Origin: Pseudomonadota bacterium
Lineage (GTDB): Bacteria > Pseudomonadota > Gammaproteobacteria > Burkholderiales > Burkholderiaceae_C
Assembly (NCBI GenBank): GCA_039798085.1
Contig: JBDKGR010000001.1
Location: 2,147 to 66,146, forward strand
Reading direction: 5' to 3'
DNA length: 64,000 bases
The position numbers and the translations under genes were made by a program. Below are positions 32,601 to 42,216 of this stretch, in pieces (position 1 is the first letter of the stretch; each line of letters begins with the position of its first letter). The notes beneath the pieces are model-generated. The model was given only the letters and a program-made list of their open reading frames with translations. It did not search any database and was not told the origin of the DNA.

Positions 32601-35600
32601 TGGTGATGTCTGCTCCACCGGTATCATTTTTCAACACCAAGTTACCAGTGCCTGCATGAACTGGGCTGCTGAAGGTAACAACATTCGTCAGAATAGGATC
32701 AGTTTGTTGCATACCGGTGTGCATCAGCGTCAAAATTCCATCATAGGTAATTTGTGATGCTGGTAATATGTCACTATACGCAGCATTGGAAGGAGTTGCC
32801 GTATCTTTAATTGAATCCGGCGTTCCATTCGTAGCGGTATAAGTCACATCCATGCGAATGGCACTGGTAACGGGAGTTCCTAAAGTCAAAATCACTTTGT
32901 TGTTATTTGCACCCGCTCCAATTACCGCATTGGTAACCGTATTGCCGACTACCGTGTAATCCGATGCTTCTGCCGTTCCCGCTAATGCTTCGGAATAGAT
33001 TATGGTTAAAGTTGTACCATCAGCAGATACAACAGCGTTTTGCATATGAGGGTGCGTGGCATACGAGACCACATTCAAAACAATCGCATTGGTGTCAGTT
33101 AAACCACCGAACGGTGCATTGTCACTATTGCGCAATACCGCTCCGGCTGGAATTTCTAAATGGTACTTTTGACCGACAACAAACTCAATATTATTGAAAT
33201 ACAAAGACCCGTGGCTGATGAAATTCCAAAAACTGACTTTATTGGTATCGGTCACGTCGATTATGATGTCTGCTCCACCGGTATCATTTTTCAACACCAA
33301 ATTACCAGTGCCAGCATGAATAGGGCTGCTAAATTGTGCACTAAAACTCGTCGTAGTAGGCATAATTGTTTCCGGCTGTCCCGTGTATATCAACGCAAGA
33401 AATCCATCGTAGGAAATATCCGAGGGTTGTAACCTAGAGGTATATGCAGCATTGGAAGGAGTTGCCGCATCTTTAATGGAATTCGGTGTTCCATTGGCAG
33501 CGGTATAAGTCACGTCCGTGCGAATGGCACTGGTAACGGGAGTTCCTAAAGTCAAAATCACTTTATTGCTATCCGCGCCCGTTCCGATAATTGCCGCAGT
33601 AACGGTATTTCCAGCTAATGTGTAATCACCAGCCTCTGCCGTTCCCGCTAATGCTTCGGAATAGATTATGGTTAAAGTTGTACCATCAGCAGATACAACG
33701 GCACTTCGCATATGAGGTGGCGTGGCATCCGCGACAACATTCAAAACAATCCCTGTGGGGCTACTCAAACCTGCAAAAGATTCATTATTTGCATCCAATA
33801 TTGCGCCCGATGGAATCGTCAAATGGTAGTTATGACCCGCTACAAGCCCTAACGCGGAAGTATGCAGTTTCGTTTTTCCTTGCGATGTTCGGTAGGTTGC
33901 AACCTCAATTTTGCTCGTATCGGTTATATCAATATTGATATTGACTGGATTCACAGTGGAGTCATCGACCAAAACTACCGTACCCGTTCCGGCGTGAACT
34001 GGTTCGTTAAAAATGATTTCAGTCATTGGTGAGGTCGGATCAATTCTAAACGTTTGATTGGGGGTGACCAATATAGGAGCTGTACCAGATGTAGAGGGAG
34101 GGGCAACCGTTGAACCATTCGTAACCGCAGCCAGCATTTGGTCGACAGCATTATTGGGTGTGGTTGCCGCATCTTTAATCGAATTAGCTGTTCCAGCGGA
34201 AGCGGTGTAAACCAAGTTGGATACGGTAGCTGCGCTATCCAATGCGGTTGCCAATGTCAGGGTAACTTGATTATTGGTAGTGCCTGTAATAGCAGCCGTT
34301 GCCCCTGTGAGGTTCACACCCGTAGCAGCGTAATCGGCTACTTCAGGCGTTCCAGTCAAGGCTTCGGTGTACGTGATAGTTAAAGTTTTGCCATCTGCTG
34401 CTACAGCAGCACTTCGCATAAAAGGCGGTGTGGCATCTGCTACGACATTAAAAACAATCCCTGTTGGGCTACTCAAACCCGCAAAAGATTCATTATTTGC
34501 ATCCAATATCGCGCCCGATGGAATCTCTAAATGGTAGTTATGACCCACTACTAACCCAAGATGGGAAAGGTTCAAGCTCGATATTCCATGTTGGTTAGAC
34601 GAATTAGTCGAGAATGAAACTTTACTGTTATCCGTTACATCCACGTTGATATTTGATCCACCTGAATCATTGACCAAAACCACAGTACCCGTTCCTGCAT
34701 GAACTGGCTCGTTAAATTCAAGCCAAGGAGTCATCGTCGAATCAACTCTAATGGTTTGGTTGGGGAGGGTTACTAAAACAGGAGCTGTACCAGATGTAGA
34801 GGGAGGCAAAACCGTTGAACCATTCGTAACCGCAGCCAGCGTTTGGTCGACAGCATTATTGGGTGTGGTTGCCGCATCTTTAATCGAATTAGCTGTTCCA
34901 GCGGAAGCGGTGTAAACCAAGTTCGATACGGTAGCTGCACTATCTAACGCCGTTGCCAATGTCAGGGTAACTTGGTTATTGGTAGTGCCTGTAATAGCAG
35001 CCGTTGCCCCTGTGAGGTTCACACCCGTAGCAGCGTAATCGGCTGCCTCAGGTGTTCCGGTCAAGGCTTCGGAATAGGTGATAACAATTTGCGTACCATC
35101 CGCAGAAACTGCTGCACTGCTCATGGTGGGTGCGGTGGTATCGGCAACAACGGGCGCAACCGTTGAACCATTGGTGAAATTGGTAGTCAATATTTGAGTG
35201 GTTGCAGCGGTATTGGGTGTTGGGGTCGCAGCATCCTTAATCGAATCGGAAACCCCGTTATTAGCCGTATAAGTGAATAATCCAGAAAGCGTTGCCCCTT
35301 GAATAACAGGCGTACCTAATGTCAAAATCACTTTATTGTTATTTGCACCCGTTCCAATCACTGCATTCGTAATGGTGTTGCCAGTCCAAGTGTAATCCGA
35401 TGCTTCTGCTGTTCCAGTCAAAGGTTCGGAGTATGTAATGGTCAAAGTCACCCCATCTGCTTCTAAGGCAGCACTCAATATTGTGGGGGCGGTGGTATCA
35501 GGTGCTGGAACAGTCGAATTATTCGTAACCGTCGCCCATGTTTGCGTAGTTGCGGCATTGGGTGTTGGAGTTGCCGCATCTTTAATCGAATTAGGTGTTG

Positions 35601-37314
35601 TTCCAGCGGAAGCGGTGTAAACCAAGTTCGATACGGTTGTACCTGTAATCACAGGCGTTCCCAACGTCAAAATTACGGTGTTACCACTCAATATGGCATT
35701 GGTGATGGTGTTGCCTGTAATCGCATAATCGGTTGCTTCGGGTACTCCGGTCAATGGTTCGGAATAGGTTAGAGTTAAAGTCGTTCCGTTGGCTGCAAGA
35801 ACTGCACTGCCCATAATGGGTATAACCAAATCCGATTGTGGTGTTGGATAAGAATACGTTGGCTCAGGTTTTGGGGAAGAAGGGGTGGGAACACCAACCG
35901 CAACATCACCTGTAGTTGCATTACTAACCGCAGTTTGCAGAGAACTACCCGTGAAATTATGAGCCACAGTAGCAAAATTGCCACTTCCACCCGCAGCAGC
36001 AATAAGTTCATCCGTTGCATTGCTTTGTGCTACCACGGCGACTTGTGCCAGTTTGGTGATGTCCTGTGCAGCTTGTGTAGCTACATTACTCGCTGATGTG
36101 ACAGCCGCAATTTGACCAGCTTGTGTAGCCGTAGTCGGAAGTCCCAATTGCGTAGCAGATGATTGCACTACGCCTGTCAGCAATGTCGTATCCGTAAGGT
36201 CTATCACCGTTGATGAATGGCTAATCAAACTTGCCAGTGTATCGGTTGTTGCCTCTGCCGCATGAACGGCGTTGACGTTGGAACTGCTGGCATCAAGCGT
36301 GTTGCCGATTTGGGTAATGATGTTTTGGATTTGCAGAGCCGTTTTTTGTACTGCCAATGCAGTGGCTTTATCTGCTGTACTGGCACTGGAATCGGCTAAA
36401 ACTGCTAACGGATCGTAGGTTAACAGGTTGATGTTGCTAGGCAACCCCAAGGCTTTTTGCACGATGGATGTAGTGTTCGCCAATTCAGCCAGAGATTGCG
36501 CCTTGCTTCCAACGGCTTCAATTAAGGTGGTGATTGGATTGATGGTTGTAGAGCCAGGTAATGCAGTCATGACCCCTTTGAAGGGCTTTCCAGTCAAAAT
36601 ATCCGTACCACCGGATGCAATCAGTTTTCCAATACCTGCATTCAGTGGCAAGTTGTAATGTCCTGAAGCGTCAGTGGTAGCAGAAAATTCTCCGTCATTA
36701 AGTTTGCCATCTCCATTGGCATCAACAAAAATGGTGGCATCTTTGACATAGCCGTCAACTACGCTACCACGGATGCCATTGCTAGATAAGATCGTACTCA
36801 ATGTCGAAAAACCAGCTTGACCATTGCTCAAACTACTTGTGCTTGCATCAACATTTTGAACCAGATTTTTAACGGTTTGTAATACCGATGCACCCATAAA
36901 TAAATCGGTTTTTCCAGTGGTCGTAAGCTGGTCTAAAAACGAATTAAGGGCAGTGGTGCGGTTGTCCAACGTTACCCCCGCACTGCCCCCTATTTGCAGG
37001 CACGTAACAACGACTTCAGCCCAAGAAATTTTACTACCACCAATGTAGTTAGCGATTTCAGTGGAGTCTGTTGTACTGAGAGAAATGCCCAGACCATTTT
37101 GGGCGAGTTGACCGACAAGGGTCGCTGGACTGGATGCTTGGGCCTGTTTACCCAGAAAATCGTTAATACCTTCAATGAGCGGGAAGTACTTTCCATCAGA
37201 CCCTGCTAAACCCTCTAGTTCCTGTAATTGGGCTGCATTTGCGCCATGACCTGTGATAAGGATGGCAATTTTTTGTAATACCGTTTGGATGCTGGTCGTC
37301 ATTGAAATACCCAT
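29614..37314 (-). CDS. Giant repetitive surface/S-layer-like adhesin with 10 SwmB-like repeats and 7 Big_5/SbsA-like Ig domains
   Basis: 2566-aa Thr/Ala/Asn/Gly-rich ORF; repeats SAxVxAdGxxLTxxYSExL and FxxPVHAGTGxxVL...YHLEIPxGAIL; DANGDGKLNDGE Ca-binding-like loop; no Sec signal; C-terminal LTANNF. The start may be 37302. Confidence 0.85.
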   Translation of the reverse strand: MGISMTTSIQTVLQKIAILITGHGANAAQLQELEGLAGSDGKYFPLIEGINDFLGKQAQASSPATLVGQLAQNGLGISLSTTDSTEIANYIGGSKISWAEVVVTCLQIGGSAGVTLDNRTTALNSFLDQLTTTGKTDLFMGASVLQTVKNLVQNVDASTSSLSNGQAGFSTLSTILSSNGIRGSVVDGYVKDATIFVDANGDGKLNDGEFSATTDASGHYNLPLNAGIGKLIASGGTDILTGKPFKGVMTALPGSTTINPITTLIEAVGSKAQSLAELANTTSIVQKALGLPSNINLLTYDPLAVLADSSASTADKATALAVQKTALQIQNIITQIGNTLDASSSNVNAVHAAEATTDTLASLISHSSTVIDLTDTTLLTGVVQSSATQLGLPTTATQAGQIAAVTSASNVATQAAQDITKLAQVAVVAQSNATDELIAAAGGSGNFATVAHNFTGSSLQTAVSNATTGDVAVGVPTPSSPKPEPTYSYPTPQSDLVIPIMGSAVLAANGTTLTLTYSEPLTGVPEATDYAITGNTITNAILSGNTVILTLGTPVITGTTVSNLVYTASAGTTPNSIKDAATPTPNAATTQTWATVTNNSTVPAPDTTAPTILSAALEADGVTLTITYSEPLTGTAEASDYTWTGNTITNAVIGTGANNNKVILTLGTPVIQGATLSGLFTYTANNGVSDSIKDAATPTPNTAATTQILTTNFTNGSTVAPVVADTTAPTMSSAAVSADGTQIVITYSEALTGTPEAADYAATGVNLTGATAAITGTTNNQVTLTLATALDSAATVSNLVYTASAGTANSIKDAATTPNNAVDQTLAAVTNGSTVLPPSTSGTAPVLVTLPNQTIRVDSTMTPWLEFNEPVHAGTGTVVLVNDSGGSNINVDVTDNSKVSFSTNSSNQHGISSLNLSHLGLVVGHNYHLEIPSGAILDANNESFAGLSSPTGIVFNVVADATPPFMRSAAVAADGKTLTITYTEALTGTPEVADYAATGVNLTGATAAITGTTNNQVTLTLATALDSAATVSNLVYTASAGTANSIKDAATTPNNAVDQMLAAVTNGSTVAPPSTSGTAPILVTPNQTFRIDPTSPMTEIIFNEPVHAGTGTVVLVDDSTVNPVNINIDITDTSKIEVATYRTSQGKTKLHTSALGLVAGHNYHLTIPSGAILDANNESFAGLSSPTGIVLNVVADATPPHMRSAVVSADGTTLTIIYSEALAGTAEAGDYTLAGNTVTAAIIGTGADSNKVILTLGTPVTSAIRTDVTYTAANGTPNSIKDAATPSNAAYTSRLQPSDISYDGFLALIYTGQPETIMPTTTSFSAQFSSPIHAGTGNLVLKNDTGGADIIIDVTDTNKVSFWNFISHGSLYFNNIEFVVGQKYHLEIPAGAVLRNSDNAPFGGLTDTNAIVLNVVSYATHPHMQNAVVSADGTTLTIIYSEALAGTAEASDYTVVGNTVTNAVIGAGANNNKVILTLGTPVTSAIRMDVTYTATNGTPDSIKDTATPSNAAYSDILPASQITYDGILTLMHTGMQQTDPILTNVVTFSSPVHAGTGNLVLKNDTGGADITIDVLDTAKVIFVSYTDGSGLQRGNFNLRDAGLVVGQKYHLEIPAGAVLRDSDNAPFAGLTDPAALVFNVVADARAPWMQNASVAANGTTLTLTYSEALTGTVELGDYTVGGNTVTAAIIGTGADNNKVILTLGTPVTSASLTGVTYTATNGTPNSIKDTANPANAAYTSTLQPSEITYDGFPTLMYTGNPRTVDPTSYWNIPTFSSPVHAGTGNLVLKNDSGGADITIDVTDTNKVIFNSYTYSGGVQRGDVSLRNSGLVVGQKYHLEIPAGAILRNSDNAPFGGLTDPNAIVWNVVADAVPPHMRSAVVSADGTTLTIIYSEPLTGTVEKIDYTVAGNTVTAAIIGTGADSNKVILTLGTPVTSASLTGVTYTATNGTPNSIKDAATPANAAYTSTLQPSEITYDGILTLLYTGYAIRVEPTSGNITIARFSSPIHAGAGNLVLKNDTVAGADITIDVLDASKVSFSSYTNGYGELHLSNLGLVVSNNYHLEIPAGAILQNGTNTPFGGLTDPTALVLNVVADAMQPRMQNAVVSADGATLTLTYSEALAGTAEVVDYTVGGNTVTSASIGAGLDNNKVILTLGTPVTTASLTGVTYTATNGTPDSITDLANPANAAYDYTLRASDISYDGFPTLMYTGNGPSRMEPNSSYNTTFSHPVHAGTGNLVLKNDSGGADITIDVTDTSKVYFYSSNNQGRLSFSCTELLAGNKYHLEIPTGAILQDGTNIPFPGLTDPNAIVLDIVADATSPWMNAPISANGTTVTLTYSEALTGTPEIGDYTVTGNTVTNAVIGTGADSNKVILTLGSPAATAFDVTYTANNGNPNSITDLATPANAAYTDGREVAGNPAVQAIYKYLHTQSVSTFTNTDILAFKDTPVGDNRGELRLTGTSTKVFNSGTAAGIIPTADDNIWVITDAQPTWNSAAAVDAAMASATVTGMDNGLVLVFNNGTENQVWYVGSAHTGTNGLDVTQLATVTLTGTTTLSDLTANNFFVY
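30365..35820 (-). repeat. Intragenic tandem domain array with a period of about 0.67-0.71 kb
   Basis: For example 34077-34366 and 34782-35075 are near identical, and gtcaaaatcactttgttgtt / ggaatttctaaatggta blocks recur. Confidence 0.92.
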
Positions 37315-37333
37315 TCTTCAGAGTGGAGGAAAG

Positions 37334-37373
37334 AAAATAAGCAGGCACAAGCGATTTTGTGCCTGCTTATTTT
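37334..37373. terminator. Perfect 17-bp inverted repeat (bidirectional terminator-like)
   Basis: aaaataagcaggcacaa-gcgatt-ttgtgcctgcttatttt. Confidence 0.75.
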
Positions 37374-37446
37374 ATCTAACTAACCTTTATTTTTGCGGTA
37401 TATCATCTAAAGGTATGACAACTTCATCAAATCAATGTGGCATTTA

Positions 37447-37950
37447 TCAGACAGAGAGAACTTGGTAACTGGGAACGCCATTGTCAAACGTGGCGGACAT
37501 GGCCATCATGCGTGCGGCGGGTGCGAACGATACGTGTACCCAAGTGCCTTCCAAAATCAACTGGTCATAAACCAAATCGGTTTTGCGCAGCGCTGCAACA
37601 ATGTCGGTTGGTGTACCAAAGTTGGGGCAAACAAAATCGGCACAAAATCCTTTTGGATGTCCTTTATTGGCAAAGTATTCAGGCCACGCGGTGGAGGCAT
37701 CTTTGCCATGTCGATTGCACCACCCGCCAAAATCTTTGGCACACAACACTTTCTCCAACTCTTCGCAACGAAAGCCGGAATTGATGCGAATGGAGTTACC
37801 GCCCAAAAAGGTGCGAATCTTTTCCATTTCGTTAGCCACCACAATCAGGTTGATGGTGATTTCATCATTGGCGGTATTATCAATACCACAGCGAATAGCG
37901 GTATCCGAAGACACAAATTCTTCTAAGGTAAAGTGTTCTGTTAATTGCAT
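37447..37950 (-). CDS. Peptidase M15A family Zn metallopeptidase (endolysin-like peptidoglycan hydrolase)
   Basis: MQLTEHFTLEEF, INSGFRC, H-x6-D (GHPKGFCADF) and WVHVS. Confidence 0.88.
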   Translation of the reverse strand: MQLTEHFTLEEFVSSDTAIRCGIDNTANDEITINLIVVANEMEKIRTFLGGNSIRINSGFRCEELEKVLCAKDFGGWCNRHGKDASTAWPEYFANKGHPKGFCADFVCPNFGTPTDIVAALRKTDLVYDQLILEGTWVHVSFAPAARMMAMSATFDNGVPSYQVLSV

Positions 37951-37984
37951 GAATGGAGTCCTTTGGGTAGGGGGAATGCGCGAG

Positions 37985-38443
37985 TTACTCTTGTTCTAAT
38001 AACTGGGTTTCAGCGATGTTATTAGTATAGCTACCCTTGCACTTGACGGCGGTGGTGTATCTTCTTTTAATATAAACTTCCACGCCTGCATCGGGGCAGG
38101 ATAAATCGCGTAGGGTCTCCATCGCATATACCCGGTAAACTGTGTCGCCATTCGGAATGGTGACCGAGCTTCGGATACAGCCAACCCCTACGATATATTC
38201 TTTTTTCGCACGCTCACGCGGAACGGTGACAACAATTTCCGGTTTTGCATTGGGGTAGCCAAACGAATAACTGATGGTTTTCCCGGCATCGCACACTTCG
38301 ATTTGCTTTGCCTTACCAGTGAGACAGGAAAAAACCGTTTTTTCCGCACCATCGCACTTTGCTTGTGCAGAGAACGATGCCAGTACACCAACCAATAAAA
38401 TCAAGCTCACTTTCATCAAGTTGAGGGGCGTGGATTGAAACAT
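37985..38443 (-). CDS. Secreted cysteine-containing hypothetical protein
   Basis: Signal peptide ending SAQA and C-x7-FSC-x9-VC...YSFG pattern; the start may be MKVSL. Confidence 0.7.
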   Translation of the reverse strand: MFQSTPLNLMKVSLILLVGVLASFSAQAKCDGAEKTVFSCLTGKAKQIEVCDAGKTISYSFGYPNAKPEIVVTVPRERAKKEYIVGVGCIRSSVTIPNGDTVYRVYAMETLRDLSCPDAGVEVYIKRRYTTAVKCKGSYTNNIAETQLLEQE

Positions 38444-38514
38444 AAACAGTGCCTTTCGGGTAGCAAAATCTGAATTCAGTACACAATATACACCTAACTT
38501 ACAGAGGATATTTG

Positions 38515-38895
38515 ATGAAAACTGCCCACGACCTTGTAATGACTGCCAAATCGCGTATCAAAGAAGTTACTTTGGTAGATGCCGAATCGGCGATTCGTGC
38601 CGCCGATGTACTGCTAGATGTGCGCGAAGCCGATGAATTCGCCGCCGGACATTTAGCGGGTGCGGTTCATATTTCACGCGGAATGTTGGAATTTAAATTC
38701 ACCGCCAACCCCGCCCTGCAAGCCCGCGATTTGCACATCGTGCTGTATTGCAAAACCAGTGGACGCGCTGCACTGGCGGCGGTGGCGTTGCAGGAGATGG
38801 GTTATCTCAACGTGCTGTCGATTGCAGGCGGCTTTGATGGCTGGATTGCAGCTGGCAAGCCCGTCGTCCAACCACAAGTACCATCGTTTGATTAA
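38515..38895 (+). CDS. Rhodanese-like sulfurtransferase
   Basis: [24 protein letters not shown] and GGFDGW. Confidence 0.9.
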   Translation: MKTAHDLVMTAKSRIKEVTLVDAESAIRAADVLLDVREADEFAAGHLAGAVHISRGMLEFKFTANPALQARDLHIVLYCKTSGRAALAAVALQEMGYLNVLSIAGGFDGWIAAGKPVVQPQVPSFD

Positions 38896-39734
38896 ACTTC
38901 TAAGTTATCAATCAGCCGCGTAGCCCCTAAACGGGCGGCGGCTAGCACCACCAGCGCATCACCCGCGCGGGGTGCTTGCAAATCGGCTTGGCGACGCACG
39001 GCAACGTAATCAGGTCGCCATCCGCTATGGCTCAGAGATTGCAGCGCTTGCGCTTCCAAACGGTGAATTTCGGTAGCATCCGCACGCAACTCGGGGTTAT
39101 CGCGCAAGGTTTGTACGATTTTTTTCAAGGTTTGGGATAGTTCCACCGCTTGCGCCCGTTCCGCCGCGCTCAAATAGCCGTTGCGAGAGGAAAGCGCCAA
39201 ACCATCGTCACTGCGCTGGGTTTCGCCGCCCACAATGCTGATTGGCATGGCAAATTGCTTCACCATATTGCGAATCACCATCAATTGCTGGTAATCTTTT
39301 TTACCGAACAATGCAGTACGCGCTTGTGTGAGTGACAACAATTTCAGCACCACCGTACACACACCAATAAAGAATCCGGGGCGGAAATGCCCTTCCAAAA
39401 TATCCGCTAATTCGGTCGGCGGATGGACTTTGAAGGTTTGCGGCTGCGGATACATTTCCGTTTCTTTGGGCGCGAAGACCACATCACAACCAGCGGCTTC
39501 GAGTTGCTCACAATCGGCATCCAAGGTGCGGGGATAGGTATCAAAATCTTCGTGCGGAGCGAATTGCAGACGGTTCACAAAGATGGTCGATACGGTGACA
39601 TCGCCCAGCGGTTTGGCTTGGCGTACCAAAGCCAGATGTCCGGCGTGCAAATTGCCCATAGTGGGAACGACGGCGGGGTGACGGTAGCGGGTAAGGTGTT
39701 CGCGGAGTTCCGCGATGGTATGAATCAGGTGCAT
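38892..39734 (-). CDS. panC: Pantoate--beta-alanine ligase
   Basis: [23 protein letters not shown] and RLIDN. Confidence 0.97.
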   Translation of the reverse strand: MHLIHTIAELREHLTRYRHPAVVPTMGNLHAGHLALVRQAKPLGDVTVSTIFVNRLQFAPHEDFDTYPRTLDADCEQLEAAGCDVVFAPKETEMYPQPQTFKVHPPTELADILEGHFRPGFFIGVCTVVLKLLSLTQARTALFGKKDYQQLMVIRNMVKQFAMPISIVGGETQRSDDGLALSSRNGYLSAAERAQAVELSQTLKKIVQTLRDNPELRADATEIHRLEAQALQSLSHSGWRPDYVAVRRQADLQAPRAGDALVVLAAARLGATRLIDNLEV

Positions 39735-39761
39735 GAAATCAAATACATTGAGTACGTTTTT

Positions 39762-40640
39762 TTACCAAGCGTGCAAGGTGTTATCAGGAAAACTGCCATT
39801 TTTAACCGCCGCAACGTAGGCTTCAAAGGCGGCACGGATGCTGGGTGCTGCGCCTTGTTGTGATTCCATAAAGTTGCGGACGAACTTCGGATTTTTACCC
39901 AGATTCAGCCCCAACATATCGTGCATCACCAAAACTTGTCCCGCCGTACCGTTGCCCGCACCAATACCAATGGTGGCGCAATGTTGCAATTCGGTGGTTA
40001 ATTCGGTGGATAGTGGGGCTGGAACCATCTCCAACACCAGCATGGATGCGCCCGCGTCTTGCAATTCGTGCGCTTGGCGTTTGAGCGTATCGGCGCTGGC
40101 TTGCGATTTACCTTGCACACGGTAGCCGCCAAGGGAATGGACGGTTTGCGGAGTCAGCCCTAAATGGGCGCATACGGGAATACCGCGTTCTACCAAAAAG
40201 CGCACGGTTTCTGTCGTCCAGCCACCACCTTCCAGCTTGACCATGTGCGCTCCTGCTTGCATCAGCACCGAGGCGCTGCGAATGGCTTGTTCGCGTGATT
40301 CTTGGTACGAGCCAAACGGCAAATCGCCCACAATCCATGCCGTACCCTGCGCACGGCGAATACCGCGTGCCACCATTTCGGTGTGATAGCGCATATTTTC
40401 AAGCGATACACCGACCGTAGTGAGCAAACCTTGGCACACCATACCCAGCGAATCGCCGACCAAAATACACTCCACGCCCGCAGCATCGGCAACGGCGGCA
40501 AAGGTGGCATCGTAGGCGGTCAGCATGGTGATTTTTTCACCGCGTGTCCGCATATCCAACAAACGCGGCAAGCTCATGGGCTTGCGGCTGGGCATGGGTG
40601 ATGCGGGGGGTAATGTACCGTAGGGGGTGGCGTGTGTCAT
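39762..40640 (-). CDS. panB: 3-methyl-2-oxobutanoate hydroxymethyltransferase
   Basis: [27 protein letters not shown] and GIGAG. Confidence 0.97.
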   Translation of the reverse strand: MTHATPYGTLPPASPMPSRKPMSLPRLLDMRTRGEKITMLTAYDATFAAVADAAGVECILVGDSLGMVCQGLLTTVGVSLENMRYHTEMVARGIRRAQGTAWIVGDLPFGSYQESREQAIRSASVLMQAGAHMVKLEGGGWTTETVRFLVERGIPVCAHLGLTPQTVHSLGGYRVQGKSQASADTLKRQAHELQDAGASMLVLEMVPAPLSTELTTELQHCATIGIGAGNGTAGQVLVMHDMLGLNLGKNPKFVRNFMESQQGAAPSIRAAFEAYVAAVKNGSFPDNTLHAW

Positions 40641-40647
40641 GGATTTA

Positions 40648-42153
40648 TCACGGAAAAGAAAGATATTTCGTTAAATACGAAGAAAAAGAAACCGCATTAT
40701 CCCTATCCATTTTTTCTTTTTGTGCTTGTTCGTACAGAGATTGGGTTGCCATTGTCGCTAATGTAGCCTGCTGCTGTTGCGCCAGTGCTGTATTCGTTTT
40801 CAGCATGGCATCGCGGGTGATTTCCGATTGCGCTTGGGTGAATGCGGTAAAAGAGCCGCCAAAATCATCCTGTATCGCCCGCAATACCCGTGCCGAAGGT
40901 AGCGTATCGGGGTGATGCAAGTGGTGCTGCGCGGCGTTTACCGCATCTGCATACGATTCTCCCAGTTGGGCGGCGATGGGATGCAGTTCTTGCATAATTT
41001 CCAAGCCCCACTCACGCAAAGCGATTTCTTTATCACCCCGTTCCAGCATCAAATGGGGTTCACGTCCATGTTCTGCCACGCGGTGTTGATTGTGTGAGAG
41101 GGTGGCGATTTCCTCCGGCGTATCGGGTGGACTCGCGGTTTGCAAGCAGTGCAGCAAAAACACATCCAAGAATCGCATGGTTTGGGGGGTGATGCCTACG
41201 GGTTCAAACGGGTCTAAATCCATTAAGCGAACTTCGACATATTCCACGCCCCGTTCTCGCAGCGCGTGCAGGGGACGTTCTCCGCTGCGGATGGTGCGTT
41301 TGGGGCGAATCGTGCCGTAAAACTCGTTTTCGATTTGCAAGAGCGTCGTCGATAGCTGGCGATAGTGAATACCATCCGCATCGCACAAACCCATCGCCTC
41401 GTAAGCGGGATACGGTGTCGTCAATGCCGATTGCAGGGATTGGGTGTACCCCTCTAAACCGTTGTAGCTTACTGCCAATGCCGATTGCGCATCGCTTTGG
41501 TAACCCAGCCGCCCCATGCGCAGCGAGGTAGCGTGGGGCAAATACAGCGTTTCATTGGTCAGTGCTTGCAAACGATGTTCCCGCCCCTGCACAAAGGACG
41601 ATGCCACGGCGGGACTCGCGCCAAATAAATACAGCAACAAAAAAGCATGGCGACGAAAATTGCGAATCAGCCCAAAGTATTGCTCGCTGGATACATCGGG
41701 TAACGACCAGTTGTAATGAATCCCCGAAATCGTTTGCATTCGCCGCCCGTAGCGAAAGCCCAATCCGCGCCGATACACCGTTTTCGCCTGTCCGATATGC
41801 GATGTACCATATTGCCCTAGGGGAATATCATCATCGTCTTCCGGTAATTGGCAAGGCATACTCGAAACCCACAGCATTTCATTGCGCGGTTTTTCCGATA
41901 AAGCCCGTTGGGTAAAGCATTGAATGTTGAACAATTCGTTGTAGCAAGTCTCGGCATCGGGGTGAACGCCCGTAATGAGTTCCATCTGCGATTCACTGAA
42001 ATCGGTCGTGATATAGGGGTGCGTTAATGCAGAGCCAAGGGCTTTTGGATGCGGTGTCCGTGCCAGAATCCCTGACATATCGGTGCGTAGGCTTTCCTTC
42101 TCTACTCCCCGCAGCATTTTTTTCCAATCAGCACGCATAGTTTTTGTCTCCAT
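40648..42153 (-). CDS. gshA: Glutamate--cysteine ligase
   Basis: [39 protein letters not shown] and YVEVR. The start could be 42138 or 42153. Confidence 0.95.
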   Translation of the reverse strand: METKTMRADWKKMLRGVEKESLRTDMSGILARTPHPKALGSALTHPYITTDFSESQMELITGVHPDAETCYNELFNIQCFTQRALSEKPRNEMLWVSSMPCQLPEDDDDIPLGQYGTSHIGQAKTVYRRGLGFRYGRRMQTISGIHYNWSLPDVSSEQYFGLIRNFRRHAFLLLYLFGASPAVASSFVQGREHRLQALTNETLYLPHATSLRMGRLGYQSDAQSALAVSYNGLEGYTQSLQSALTTPYPAYEAMGLCDADGIHYRQLSTTLLQIENEFYGTIRPKRTIRSGERPLHALRERGVEYVEVRLMDLDPFEPVGITPQTMRFLDVFLLHCLQTASPPDTPEEIATLSHNQHRVAEHGREPHLMLERGDKEIALREWGLEIMQELHPIAAQLGESYADAVNAAQHHLHHPDTLPSARVLRAIQDDFGGSFTAFTQAQSEITRDAMLKTNTALAQQQQATLATMATQSLYEQAQKEKMDRDNAVSFSSYLTKYLSFP

Positions 42154-42216
42154 GAAAAGCAGAAAATGTAATTCAAATTCTTTACAGTTCTTTACCATTC
42201 TTTACACTTTCATTAC

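Noticed and set aside
30365-34790. Possible diversity-generating retroelement behind the variable segments
   Set aside because: No reverse transcriptase or template repeat in the window, and the differences include indels rather than being limited to adenines.
29614-37314. Possible CRISPR-like array in the repetitive region
   Set aside because: The repeats are long, in-frame protein domains, not short repeats with unique spacers.
37447-37950. Prophage remnant around the M15 peptidase
   Set aside because: No holin, structural, integrase or att-like features nearby.
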